Source: a virus
Virus record (IMG/VR): IMGVR_UViG_3300042516_002090
Coordinates: 2,578-66,577 of that record
Length of the DNA: 64,000 nucleotides
Strand: one strand, 5' to 3'
Shown: positions 37,301-46,869 of the stretch, in pieces
Position numbering within the stretch: position 1 is the first letter of the stretch
How the letters are laid out: the number at the start of each line of letters is the position of its first letter
Translations under genes and position numbers: made by a program
The notes under the pieces: generated by a model
Databases searched by the model: none
Seen by the model: the letters and a program-made list of their open reading frames with translations, nothing else
Told to the model about the DNA's origin: nothing

Positions 37301-38418
37301 TTTGAAACCACCTCCTTAACTTTATATCCCATCCAAACATCCAAAGTAAATGGCGGGTCTGTAGGTTTATCGTATCCCTCTCTAAAGTTAGAATATACTA
37401 ATTGATTTGTTGGTAGATATTCTTGACAATCAGCAATTATTGGAAGTCTATCATAATTCTTAAACACATCAATCGCCGGACTTATAGCTGCGTCGCCATA
37501 AAAATAAACTGTATAAAACTCATTATCATTTATGTTGTCCTGCACTTTATCCAACTGAAGAAAAACCCCAAATGGAGGAGTGGCTCCAAGATTTTTACTG
37601 TCGAATTGCTGAACAGCAATGTTAAATTTCCTAATTATTTTAGATCCGGTGTCAAATTGAATCTTTATCGCGTTGTCATTGTTTAAGTAAACCCAGTTTG
37701 TTCCACTAACAAGTTCAGACCTGTCTGGTAATTCTAAACTAGAATACATCGACCATACACCTAATTCTCCATTTTCATATATAGGCTGAATAATGAACTT
37801 AAAAAGTTTATTGCGTAATTTATTATCATTACGAGTGGTGTCTGTGAAATAACTAACAATAGGCGGCTCCATTGGCCACTTAATCGCATCTATGGTTTGA
37901 AGGTCGATTATACCGTAAAATCCATTTGGACTTGGCAGCTCAAGGGCCTTACTCAAATTAATCTGATAAGGAGGGTTGAAAAGACGAGTTCCATCAGATT
38001 CATACATAACGGGATCCCAACGTCCGTCGGTCCACTTAAGAATATCATCCACTACGTTTGAATGGAAGATTGGCCAATCTGGACTAAAATTAAGTTCACT
38101 ACCTTGTAGGGCTAAAACATGAGTTTGAGTAGAGATATAGTAAACCCATATCTCGTGGATTCCAGTATCCTTGTAAAGAAAATAAACGATAGCATTTTCC
38201 TTAAGCCATTGCGTGGCTCCAATTACCTTATCGTCTCCTAAGATGGCCGGATTATTTATTTCAATTGTACCGCTAGATGTCTCTACAGCGAAAGCATTAC
38301 CAGAATTATAACCAAGGCGACAATATGAAAAGTCACGATAGTCACCTTTAGGCACACCCTGTGGGGTGTCGTCGGTATTTATACCGCCCTCAAATGTTAT
38401 TATCTCGTTGAAATCCAT
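34366..38418 (-). CDS. tail nozzle / stabilization protein
   Basis: 1350 aa, FEGGINTDD..PKGDYR N-terminus, beta-rich, precedes ejection genes. Confidence 0.75.
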   Translation of the reverse strand: MDFNEIITFEGGINTDDTPQGVPKGDYRDFSYCRLGYNSGNAFAVETSSGTIEINNPAILGDDKVIGATQWLKENAIVYFLYKDTGIHEIWVYYISTQTHVLALQGSELNFSPDWPIFHSNVVDDILKWTDGRWDPVMYESDGTRLFNPPYQINLSKALELPSPNGFYGIIDLQTIDAIKWPMEPPIVSYFTDTTRNDNKLRNKLFKFIIQPIYENGELGVWSMYSSLELPDRSELVSGTNWVYLNNDNAIKIQFDTGSKIIRKFNIAVQQFDSKNLGATPPFGVFLQLDKVQDNINDNEFYTVYFYGDAAISPAIDVFKNYDRLPIIADCQEYLPTNQLVYSNFREGYDKPTDPPFTLDVWMGYKVKEVVSNPFQDLLFYVEYDDNFGCEFWIYGYRDIILPYDLPFPFAVGMVMSVPLPNGDTFNYTITQADIDNAFILPGAFQRFKAMLGILGNQIAIACGLPTGFVNQIVVDPTYLIVQYEFDDYPGVNNKSYQRIPFQVLSNTMPSLKVGATHEFGIVYGDRAYRDSTVYTVDAMNVFVPWFYDIDKSLFSDQKNPFTVTPEIVINHIPPVWATKYWIVAKPATEILSFGQYITNSDTAAYVNSGYTISIKLDSNRYIIEIDNYYETTFVGAKIRHEIKEGDKIRFIRQNAHTLDWIPYLELDVVKYVKGGGLTGGDLVYTNIFDTSIIDNNLALSDNRLFGQFLEIYTPRPSTDDTGSIFISTWNDVTEAIQIINPHTEDRSHGSPVQYYVQYSPTVFGGIYFYLTGDQTQLLGTIWPITIHYTDGTIDQNFALVLSATYDSAENATGLDLDSVVPSPTIAYITFNGQDQIVNNLSNTTSAYYPVEYGDVYLRQRLYRTGLDDAYAYLYYYVEDPHYSDYWSSDIHNTGRIRIEDQNAKMVHRKASSIHSDSFIVGTQVNGLSSFALDNQNIEEMNPFYGEIIRTYMSGREGKTLKCLQPKRENSIYIQYYPNEVGSDSTVRVSNKTFASWFDYKSLFGCSDAGATAVLPNGATMYFDNNSGVFIYSGGNGQIVVSEIDPDTGKDYKFRTKTKELAKAYNESLALGITPLVRTYVNETVGEVGFAFSFDDEETYEHVVFDYVNMRWRSTYDYNFRQFCNLGQTLVGWGKNNQLYVHNQDGVWTFHGDSFIQKVTFVSNENPLMLKRYQDITLVSDDSFSIEASSEPNRSYPLGMKTIMSEQIINMYEGYGKTNYRKNLYDPRFRINSNVSETNTTTWTLDGNQTSLIGETITIIQDTDKNIYTGVITNPVYNVGPNTTDIELVGLQPNTIGVDGTWYLSEKVLLNGEDIRANALTHTLSYDPAAPSASGEGSVLFSVGIKGVLS

Positions 38419-39149
38419 TATCCTAGGTTAAACTCTGAACTTTGTGCAAGCGCATCAATCATCTCACTTAGTCGTGGAGCCTTAACTAAAATGTTGGCGC
38501 TCCACTGAGCAGCTTCGTATTGTAATTGTAATTCTTTATACTTCGAACGGTCTAATGAGTTACCCTTGTGTAGGCAATATTCCGCCATCAAATACAAACG
38601 GAATGGCTCCGCGTATGCCGTGTCAATTAGACTATCCTCGTTAACGTCCGAACCGTTTGAAAAGTATTCGATTACTAACTGCCCGTCGGGTATGTTGTGA
38701 TCGAAAATAATGTTATTACCATCTATTCGGTAATAGTTCTGATTCCGTCCACCACCCAAACCAAACTGGGTCTGGTTGTAAAAGAAACCAAAGTATCCGT
38801 ATGGGAAAAGGCCGTCTGCAATTACAGGATCGGTCTTGTCGCTTTCGCACTGAAAGAACTCCTCTGGATATGTCAGCGACGTGTCCGGGGTCAGAGTCCA
38901 AATGCGACGGCCAGACTTGAGTCCAACTTTGGTAATTCTCATGCAGTCACCGGGCATTGTGAACACTCGCGCACCTGTATCAATCTTTCCGTAAATTGTT
39001 CTTAGCGACACGTTTCCGTCTAGTGGAGACTTTTCACTCAAATAGTCAATGGCCACCTGAACCATCCAGTTTAACTCACGACCAACCGGGTTCTTCCCTA
39101 GACGATATAGGGCCGACGTGGCAATATATTTTATATTCTTAATGGTCAT
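38418..39149 (-). CDS. tail ring/adaptor protein
   Basis: MPGDCMRITKVG motif, position before nozzle. Confidence 0.6.
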   Translation of the reverse strand: MTIKNIKYIATSALYRLGKNPVGRELNWMVQVAIDYLSEKSPLDGNVSLRTIYGKIDTGARVFTMPGDCMRITKVGLKSGRRIWTLTPDTSLTYPEEFFQCESDKTDPVIADGLFPYGYFGFFYNQTQFGLGGGRNQNYYRIDGNNIIFDHNIPDGQLVIEYFSNGSDVNEDSLIDTAYAEPFRLYLMAEYCLHKGNSLDRSKYKELQLQYEAAQWSANILVKAPRLSEMIDALAQSSEFNLG

Positions 39150-39766
39150 TCGTTACTATATAATCTTGATGTATCTCTCGCAAGCGATTGAGCGTCAACA
39201 GAATCGTTATTCAAGTCGTCTTGATATTGCTGTGAAGCTAGTAATTGAAGACACGTTTGGAATAACATCGCTTCTCCACGACCTGTCTCATTAGATGGAA
39301 TGATTAATACATCGTCATCCTCCATTTGGTATACGTTGGGAACCATGACCACGGTCACATCTCCTTCGGGCCTTTTGTTGAAGCGGAGTTTGTTATTGTA
39401 AAAAACAACAGCCGAGTTGTTTTCACCACGAAGAACCTTCATGGCTCTAGCCTCTGCTTTTGTCTGAATTATGTATTCGTTATTTCCCGTACTTTCGTCT
39501 GTTACCGTAAATACAGCAAGAGACCCCGCCACAGGCTGTGGACTTAGAATTACGTAGTATCCGTTAGCGTCGGACGCAGGAGTAAATGTATAAGGAACCG
39601 CCATGTCACTCGCGTCGTATGGGTTGGCACTTACAATATCTGCAATTGCCATGTTGATTACGCGAGAAATTACCGAGCGCGGATATAAACGGCGCAAGTC
39701 CTCTGGGGTATCCCCGCCAGTCAACCTGTGCTGTATGAGTTCTATGGCTTGACGTTTTGTTATCAT
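39146..39766 (-). CDS. tail ring/adaptor protein
   Basis: Position and size in coupled tail operon. Confidence 0.55.
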   Translation of the reverse strand: MITKRQAIELIQHRLTGGDTPEDLRRLYPRSVISRVINMAIADIVSANPYDASDMAVPYTFTPASDANGYYVILSPQPVAGSLAVFTVTDESTGNNEYIIQTKAEARAMKVLRGENNSAVVFYNNKLRFNKRPEGDVTVVMVPNVYQMEDDDVLIIPSNETGRGEAMLFQTCLQLLASQQYQDDLNNDSVDAQSLARDTSRLYSNE

Positions 39767-40518
39767 ACTTTACTAGGCATTTGAGTCTGAATGTTCCACT
39801 GGTTCTCGTTACCAATACCAACATACGTCTTAATCATATCGATCAAGTGGTCTACGCAGCTCTCAGGATACTCAAACTCAACACTCAAACTCGGAGATCC
39901 CACAGTTGCTACAGTACTATTAGTATGTACGCTACCCGGTGGTAAATATACGGGAATTCCGTTATCAATGTCGTAGTCGAAGTAAGGAATATTTGGAGTT
40001 CTTATGTAAGTAAACGTGATACGCGGAAGATATGGGTAAATGAAGTACTTGTCGTTTCGTGTGACAAGGATTGGGTCGTTTTCTTCCGGGTTGTCTACAG
40101 GGCTTATGAGCGAACTTCTCATCTTTGCATCAAACTGATGCTGACTAACAAACTCAACGCTTCTGTAGTTAGTCTCAAGCCCGCAGTTCACGTTTAAAAG
40201 TTCAAGGTAACTAGATGATGCCTCGTACCAAATGTCGCTTGGAATGTCGGCATACCCACCCTTCTTTGGGTCTCCTGAAAACACAGGAGTGAAATTCAGA
40301 GCAGGATACTGAGGGCTTCCCAAGGTCTTGATAAATGGCTGAAGGTCGCTAGTAATCTCCCGGTTCTTTTCAAAAAGGTCAACCAAGCGGTTTAAGTATC
40401 GTTGGTTAACCGTCTTGATACCCTTGTTGAAGGTTTCGGGAGTTATGTACCCTCCGCGCAAGTCCTTACCTGCGCGGAAGAGCAACTCGTCATATATTTC
40501 ACCTAGATTGGTTATCAT
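39763..40518 (-). CDS. tail ring/adaptor protein
   Basis: KD.RGGYITPETFN and TYIRTP motifs. Confidence 0.65.
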   Translation of the reverse strand: MITNLGEIYDELLFRAGKDLRGGYITPETFNKGIKTVNQRYLNRLVDLFEKNREITSDLQPFIKTLGSPQYPALNFTPVFSGDPKKGGYADIPSDIWYEASSSYLELLNVNCGLETNYRSVEFVSQHQFDAKMRSSLISPVDNPEENDPILVTRNDKYFIYPYLPRITFTYIRTPNIPYFDYDIDNGIPVYLPPGSVHTNSTVATVGSPSLSVEFEYPESCVDHLIDMIKTYVGIGNENQWNIQTQMPSKV

Positions 40519-43397
40519 TATGGGTAAATTTCAATTCTTATTGACGCTACATTCAAAAGGCCATCATCTAACTGTATGCTTCCTCCGCGAGGAAGTCCTA
40601 GTGTTTTCACCTCAACTGTGCTTGTACTTGTTCTTTTAGACTGGACGTTAATCAGCAATCCATCATAAGGAGTTACTGCGGCATACCCCCCAAAGTTTAT
40701 AAACACAGATGTTTTTGACGCAGTAAAAGCGTTACCTGTAATCGTAGCGGTATATTCACCTGTTCCAGTTCTTGTCCAAGTAATTGTTTGTCCTGTAGTA
40801 TTAAGAATTTCTGTAGCAGTAGGAGCAACAGAACCTGTTTGGGTTAGTGTCGCTACATATACTTTAGGCAAAACAGGAACAGCAGGTGTTTCAATTACGT
40901 TTCCAGCTGAGTCAACACTCAAAGAGTGAGTTGGCGTTCCTGTAAATGCCCCTGTGCCATAAGAACTCAATTTAGTAGATCCGACTGAATTAAGAGTAAA
41001 AAATGTTGACTCAACACCATTATTGGCCGTGGTTAATTCAATTTTAGAATTTTGATTAGCGGCGTCTTCCCATGAGCTTTTTATAGAAGATGTTGTAACG
41101 CTTAATCCAGTTGTATTTTCTAAAGCAAACTCCACTGAAGCGCCGAATCCATTTCCAACAGTTCCGCTTGTGCCGGTTTGTACTTTTATGTTTTTCGCAA
41201 CCGTATTATCAGTAGAGGTTCTGTTCACGGCAAATACACCAGCTAAATTACCCGTGGCTTGCGACGCAAAACTGCTGTCAACTCCGCTTACAACCATTGC
41301 AGGGAAACCGGTAGTAGATTTCGATACACTTATAAAACCTGTTGTAATTGGATAACTTAAAAAGTTAGCGCCTACATCTATTGTAGTTGATTCAGTTAAT
41401 GTCCCTCCAAGTTTAACATTGTCTCCTGATGTAGACAAACCATTTAAAGCACCACTTACCTGATTGCTTTCAATAATATTTCCATCAACATCCACAGATA
41501 ATGAATATGTAGGTGTTCCTGTATAAGTTCCAGCACCATAATTATTTAAAGTAGCTTTTCCATCAGCATTTAGTGTAAGGGCTGTAGATTCTACATCTGA
41601 GTTCATTGTTGTAAACTCCAACTTAGAACTTAACGTAGTAGCGTTTGACCACGTGCTTTTGATTGTGGACATAGCGCCACCCGTTGGGAATCCGGTAGCA
41701 CCATTGGCTGTAAATTCAATCGAGGTTCCATATCCATTACCAGGAGCGAATGCCACCCCGGCTAGGGTTAGGGTTGGGGAAGGCGTAACAGCTGAACCAG
41801 AAGTGTCTAATGTGGCAAGAGTTGCAGATCCTGAGCTATGCGCTCCTTGAGTGCTAAACGCCTGAGCCGCTGTATTAGTTACAGAAAGAGATGGTGACGT
41901 ATCTCCTCCAGTTACAGAAACATTACCAGTCGTTCCACTTAAAATAAGATTGTAAGCGCCTCTGGCTATTGTAGTGTTTCTATTTAAGGTTCCTCCAAGC
42001 CCAACAGTTCCGCTTAATTCAGTTAAGCCGTTGTCTGCACTTAAAATTGAATCATTTGGATCGTAATAAACTTCCCATTGTAAATTTGAAGGAGTTGCGT
42101 CTATACAGCGATATAGAACGCCTGTATTAGTGTTTTGCCAAATCGCTCCATATTCTACCCCCGCTTGGGCAGGCCCAGGATCTCCAGTGCCTGCAAACAA
42201 GCGGTATTGGAAGTTTGCAAGCAGCTCGTCGATAATAGAGTTGGCTGAGTTGTTTGATACCCAGTAGTAAGTCTCGTCATCGCAACAAGCGCATTCACAC
42301 CCTGAGGCGTCTAGTTGAGCCTCAAGAAGCGCAATGGTTGACTTATATTTGTCAAGTTCTCCGCAAGCCTTGTAGTTCATAGCCTCCAAGTAATATAGGG
42401 CTACGTTGTCTACATAAACTTGATACTTTGACACCTTGTTTCGTACAAGTTCTGCCGCGTGAGCTGCGCGAAGATTCTCGATGCAAGGAACAAGTCCGCA
42501 AAGGGTTCCGGCACAACTTACGGTAAATTCTTTTGTTACAGACTTAGTGTATGTAACCACAAGACCTGAGGTCTGTGTTTGCTGAATTAACTCTGACAGT
42601 AAAATGCTGTAAGTACCAGTAGCAAGCGGAGTATCCTCTGTTGGTAAAGTTGGATACGGAAGAGACGTGGTAACTATCTGTGGATTGAACAATGGGTCGA
42701 TGTTTGTCCAAGATGGATAGTTTATCGTACAACTTTCGCTTACTATAATTTCGTTTGAACCTAAAACTGTAGTGTTTGATACAGACCATGTTCCGCTATC
42801 TAAATAATCGCAGTCATATATGAAGTCTACATCTGCTGTTGTTTGCGTACAACCCGCATAAGCATAGGTTGCGCTAAATTGAACAGAAACATCATTAATA
42901 AACGTCAATGGCTTGGCTGGACCGTTTGCTGCAACCGTACCTAAAGTAATTACAGCGTCAGAACCAACAACAACTGCTCCGGCAACTGTATTATTAACAC
43001 CATCAACAGCTATAGAACTACCTATAGGTAAAACTTCAACTAACCATTCTGCCGCGCTGGTAAAAGTGGTTCCTCCTGTAACGGTTCCAACATAACCTAC
43101 ACCAGAGGCAGTTGAATCTAGTCTCAAGCTATACTCAAAACCATATACGCCATTAGCCACATTGCCGTTGTTATCAAGGGGGAGATTGATAAAGCCCGTT
43201 GTTTCAAAAGCCTCAAGATTTATGAGAGGGTTTATAACGGTATCTTTTGCCTCAACTACATCTCCGTTAAAAGTGAGAACACCGTATCCCTTTGCGCTAA
43301 ATAAATCAACTGCAAATGGATAAGTAGTTGAATCGGTGACAACAACTCTCGGTGGAGATGCGCTTAAATCAAACGAAAGGGATACGGTGCTAATCAT
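40518..43397 (-). CDS. structural fibre protein with tandem repeat
   Basis: 959 aa, Cys-rich neck (CECACC), two ~195-aa Thr/Gly-rich repeats. Confidence 0.65.
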   Translation of the reverse strand: MISTVSLSFDLSASPPRVVVTDSTTYPFAVDLFSAKGYGVLTFNGDVVEAKDTVINPLINLEAFETTGFINLPLDNNGNVANGVYGFEYSLRLDSTASGVGYVGTVTGGTTFTSAAEWLVEVLPIGSSIAVDGVNNTVAGAVVVGSDAVITLGTVAANGPAKPLTFINDVSVQFSATYAYAGCTQTTADVDFIYDCDYLDSGTWSVSNTTVLGSNEIIVSESCTINYPSWTNIDPLFNPQIVTTSLPYPTLPTEDTPLATGTYSILLSELIQQTQTSGLVVTYTKSVTKEFTVSCAGTLCGLVPCIENLRAAHAAELVRNKVSKYQVYVDNVALYYLEAMNYKACGELDKYKSTIALLEAQLDASGCECACCDDETYYWVSNNSANSIIDELLANFQYRLFAGTGDPGPAQAGVEYGAIWQNTNTGVLYRCIDATPSNLQWEVYYDPNDSILSADNGLTELSGTVGLGGTLNRNTTIARGAYNLILSGTTGNVSVTGGDTSPSLSVTNTAAQAFSTQGAHSSGSATLATLDTSGSAVTPSPTLTLAGVAFAPGNGYGTSIEFTANGATGFPTGGAMSTIKSTWSNATTLSSKLEFTTMNSDVESTALTLNADGKATLNNYGAGTYTGTPTYSLSVDVDGNIIESNQVSGALNGLSTSGDNVKLGGTLTESTTIDVGANFLSYPITTGFISVSKSTTGFPAMVVSGVDSSFASQATGNLAGVFAVNRTSTDNTVAKNIKVQTGTSGTVGNGFGASVEFALENTTGLSVTTSSIKSSWEDAANQNSKIELTTANNGVESTFFTLNSVGSTKLSSYGTGAFTGTPTHSLSVDSAGNVIETPAVPVLPKVYVATLTQTGSVAPTATEILNTTGQTITWTRTGTGEYTATITGNAFTASKTSVFINFGGYAAVTPYDGLLINVQSKRTSTSTVEVKTLGLPRGGSIQLDDGLLNVASIRIEIYP

Positions 43398-43401
43398 CTT
43401 T

Positions 43402-44325
43402 TTATAGTTTTCTTAATTTACCTAATAATTCTTCATTTACTTTGAGGTGATCAATCAAGGCAAATGCGTCCTTCTCTCCTGTTGATTCGAAGAACGGATT
43501 CTTTAACCACTTGGTTCCGTCACCTCTACGGTCGCGAAGATACCAAATTCCGTCCTCATTTTTAATAAAACCTTCAGAAGAAAGTCGATTTACCATCTCA
43601 TGGATAGTTTCCTCGGTTTTTACCTCTTGTTTCTTGGGACGAGAGTCAAGTATTTCGAACGCGTTTTTGCGGAACGTAGCGCTTCCATTCTTAATAGAGT
43701 CGTGAAGCATCACGCGGTTTTCCTCCTCAGAATTCTTCTTTGGAAGGGATAATCCGTCGATTGTCTTCAACACCATGTCGTATGGAGTATCGAAATAAAT
43801 CATGTTCTCTAAATCACGAGCGCTCTTAGCTTGTTCAATTTTGCTCTTAGCATCCATCTCCGGTCTGTCAAACTCGTAGAATGGGTCTGCCGCAGGGTTC
43901 ATACACTTGTTGCCCTTGATGTTTGGACACAAAAAGTACAAATAGAACAAGAAGTCTTTTTGCCCAGGCTGAACAGTCATATTGTTATCAAGGGTTATGT
44001 ACCCCGATGGGTATCCCCAAGTTATTTGCCCTTCTGACCTTTTGGGGTAAGTAGTGGCATATTGAATTGGATATGTGTAACCGTCTTCAGGATCCACAAC
44101 TAGGCCTCTAGCCTTTCTTGTGTTTCCCGGAGGGGCTTCGATTACGGTTCTCATTTCTCCGTTCTTGTCTGAAGAAGAAACCTTTTGTAGTCGAAGCATC
44201 TTTGATTCTGTAACCTTAATTTTCAGCGGAATCCCCTTGTAAAATTCAGGAAATTCTTTTTGCATTATTTCATCTGCCCATATTGGAACAGGTATGGACT
44301 CACCTGTACTTATATCGAAAAGCAT
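43402..44325 (-). CDS. hypothetical protein downstream of capsid gene
   Basis: 307-aa ORF. Confidence 0.75.
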   Translation of the reverse strand: MLFDISTGESIPVPIWADEIMQKEFPEFYKGIPLKIKVTESKMLRLQKVSSSDKNGEMRTVIEAPPGNTRKARGLVVDPEDGYTYPIQYATTYPKRSEGQITWGYPSGYITLDNNMTVQPGQKDFLFYLYFLCPNIKGNKCMNPAADPFYEFDRPEMDAKSKIEQAKSARDLENMIYFDTPYDMVLKTIDGLSLPKKNSEEENRVMLHDSIKNGSATFRKNAFEILDSRPKKQEVKTEETIHEMVNRLSSEGFIKNEDGIWYLRDRRGDGTKWLKNPFFESTGEKDAFALIDHLKVNEELLGKLRKL

Positions 44326-44343
44326 AACGTATATTGGTTTTAT

Positions 44344-44378
44344 AAAAACAAGGGGGCTTTTTAGACCCCCTCGTTTTT
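44344..44378 (-). terminator. terminator after major capsid gene
   Basis: AAAAACGAGGGGG-loop-CCCCCTTGTTTTT inverted repeat. Confidence 0.8.
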
Positions 44379-44391
44379 GAGTTTACAAAGA

Positions 44392-45780
44392 TTAGTTGAT
44401 GTTGGTCAACAAGCCGTACTTCTGAGCGTTGATGAATTTGAACGCGATTTCAGATACAATGTGAACACCGAGCTGCCACTTGTCGGTCTTGTTAGACGCG
44501 GCACGGCCACCTGTTTGCCACATGTTCATGAATGCGCCTGGCTTGTGAGAAAGACGGATATATTTACCCATGTTACCCAAACCATCGTCAACACCTTGAG
44601 AAGTCATTGGCAAGAACACTGCGTAACCAGGCCATGGGTTAGTACCATTGCCAGGAGCTACGTTGAACGTCTGTGGGTTATCGAAGATACCCATACGAAC
44701 AAGTGCAAAGTTCTTGTTATTGAACACGAGATTGTTGAAGCTATAAGTAGAAGACATCAAGTCTGCATAAGCACCCTCACCCCAGAAGGTCTTCTCCATC
44801 TGAACCTTGTTGACGCTGATGTTCGCATTCTTGTTGTACTGCAACAAAAGCTGCTCAAGAATAGATGAGCTTTGACCGCTAGTCCAAACCATGTAGTTCT
44901 TTACAGAACCATCGATTTTAGAGAGCTTAGCTTCCAAAGCGTAGATATCAGCAACATCAGGACCAGCAGTCGTGGTGTCGCAGTCTACAACCTGACCTGA
45001 ACTAAAGATGGTAGGAATCAAACCGTTTGTGAACTGGTAACCATTCATACCTGTGTTGGTATTGGTCTTACCGGCCAAGAACGTGTTTACGATTGCCACC
45101 TGATGCTCACGCTGTAAGTAGATGATGTCACGTGAGTTAGAGTACGGAGTTGCAGTACCGTTCTCAAGCTGAGAGTACCAAAGTTGGTTGTACAAAGCCT
45201 CAGAGCTAGCAAGCGCATCGTTACGGAAGGTTTGCAGTTTAGCGCTGTACTTTGTATCAAACACGAACTTAGGATCCTGAGCGCCTGAGTTTTCAGCAAC
45301 AGATACACCAACGTAGAAGAATGAGTCTCCAGCTGCGATGTCAGTAGCAGGAACTACAGTAGCAGTCAAAGGACGCAATTCCAAAGTGTTAGCCGATGTC
45401 TTGTCGATAACTTGATAAAGCTCACCGGTCTTAGCGTGACGCCAAATTTCATTCTTGATAGGGAAAGAGTAACCAGTTACTGCATCCACCTCGCTAGAAG
45501 GAATAGTGATGGTAATGGTTGTACCAGCAGTAGCTCCACCTGATTCAGTTGCAACTGTGAAAGGAACTTCCATACGGTTCATTTCAAACCAGTTTACAAT
45601 CTGCTGTGTTGCAATTTCACGGTTACCAATACCGTTCATGATTTGGTTCATAGCATCCCAGTATTCGTCACCGAAGGGCAGGTATGCTACTGCATCGAAG
45701 TCTGCCTTCAATGCATCCCAGTTGTTGAGAATCCCATTGGTAATACCACCGGGAATCGCTTGGGCTAAAAGATTTGCCAT
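44392..45780 (-). CDS. major capsid protein
   Basis: 462 aa after portal and scaffold, followed by terminator; TNGLIP motif. Confidence 0.8.
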   Translation of the reverse strand: MANLLAQAIPGGITNGILNNWDALKADFDAVAYLPFGDEYWDAMNQIMNGIGNREIATQQIVNWFEMNRMEVPFTVATESGGATAGTTITITIPSSEVDAVTGYSFPIKNEIWRHAKTGELYQVIDKTSANTLELRPLTATVVPATDIAAGDSFFYVGVSVAENSGAQDPKFVFDTKYSAKLQTFRNDALASSEALYNQLWYSQLENGTATPYSNSRDIIYLQREHQVAIVNTFLAGKTNTNTGMNGYQFTNGLIPTIFSSGQVVDCDTTTAGPDVADIYALEAKLSKIDGSVKNYMVWTSGQSSSILEQLLLQYNKNANISVNKVQMEKTFWGEGAYADLMSSTYSFNNLVFNNKNFALVRMGIFDNPQTFNVAPGNGTNPWPGYAVFLPMTSQGVDDGLGNMGKYIRLSHKPGAFMNMWQTGGRAASNKTDKWQLGVHIVSEIAFKFINAQKYGLLTNIN

Positions 45781-45799
45781 TTTTTTCTAAATTTTTTTA

Positions 45800-46864
45800 T
45801 TATTCAACATTCTTTATTTTCTGAGACGGCAGAGCAATACCCCTAGCCAACAAGTCCTGTTGTGCAGGGGTTAAGTTCTTCGCGTCTACAGTTGTTTTGT
45901 CTACACGGTTAATCGTTTTTGGTTGACCGTTGTAGACCTCTTTGACCACCTTCTTTTCTACGCTTGCCGAAAGTGACTTGGCTATTTGAACTCCGAGATC
46001 CCCAGACTGAACCTTATGAATGAGGATTTGGTTCTCTAACCAGTTTCTAACCGCCTGCTTTCCTTCTCTAGTGGTCGTATCAAATGCTTGACCCAAGTAG
46101 CCTGCATACTGCGACTTCAAAATCGAATCGATCTCTTCGTTTGAAACTTTTAACGAAACTTCTGATTCGCCGAATTTGTAGGGAACATCCTTTAGCTGCT
46201 TGGCGTAGGACTCTGCCTCGGCAAGTGCTATTGTCTGTCTTTCCGCAATCTGCTTTTGAGTTTGGCTCTTTAGCTCTTTTGCAAAGGTAAAAGGATTTTT
46301 AACAGTTTCAACATCTTTCTTAGTCTTTTCAATTATTTCTATAGCATCTATAGCATCAGACTTTAAAAGAGCTGTCGCATAATAGTCACCTTCACCTAAG
46401 TTATACTTTTCACGAATGGCTTCCTCAATAGTTGAGTGGCCAAGTCGCTTGAATTTGTCTGGGTTCTTTACCGCCTCAGCGATAACCAACGCCTTGAGCG
46501 GATCTTCCATCAAGGAATCCGGGTTTGAAGAAACAATCTGATTGGCGATAGATGGGCTGATACCCTTCTTGCCAAAAGCAACAAGTGTACGCGCCTCTTC
46601 ATTTCCGCCAAACGGATCGTCAGCCTCCTGCAATAAAGAAAGACCTTCATTTATTTCAGCCTCCTTACTAGCAATATACTCTGCGCGCTCCTTGTAACTC
46701 TTTAGTTCCTCAAACTGAGAACGGAAGTCGTCCTCGGTCTCAAAGCCAAACGAGCCATACCATGTGGATGGAGTCTCGTTTGTTTCCTGGTTCTCATTTG
46801 TTTCTTGTGAGATTTCTTGATTGTCAATAATCTCTTCTTGATTGTTCATTTCTGTGTTTTCCAT
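45800..46864 (-). CDS. putative scaffolding protein
   Basis: Acidic N-terminus, helical, between portal and capsid. Confidence 0.6.
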   Translation of the reverse strand: MENTEMNNQEEIIDNQEISQETNENQETNETPSTWYGSFGFETEDDFRSQFEELKSYKERAEYIASKEAEINEGLSLLQEADDPFGGNEEARTLVAFGKKGISPSIANQIVSSNPDSLMEDPLKALVIAEAVKNPDKFKRLGHSTIEEAIREKYNLGEGDYYATALLKSDAIDAIEIIEKTKKDVETVKNPFTFAKELKSQTQKQIAERQTIALAEAESYAKQLKDVPYKFGESEVSLKVSNEEIDSILKSQYAGYLGQAFDTTTREGKQAVRNWLENQILIHKVQSGDLGVQIAKSLSASVEKKVVKEVYNGQPKTINRVDKTTVDAKNLTPAQQDLLARGIALPSQKIKNVE

Positions 46865-46869
46865 GTGTT

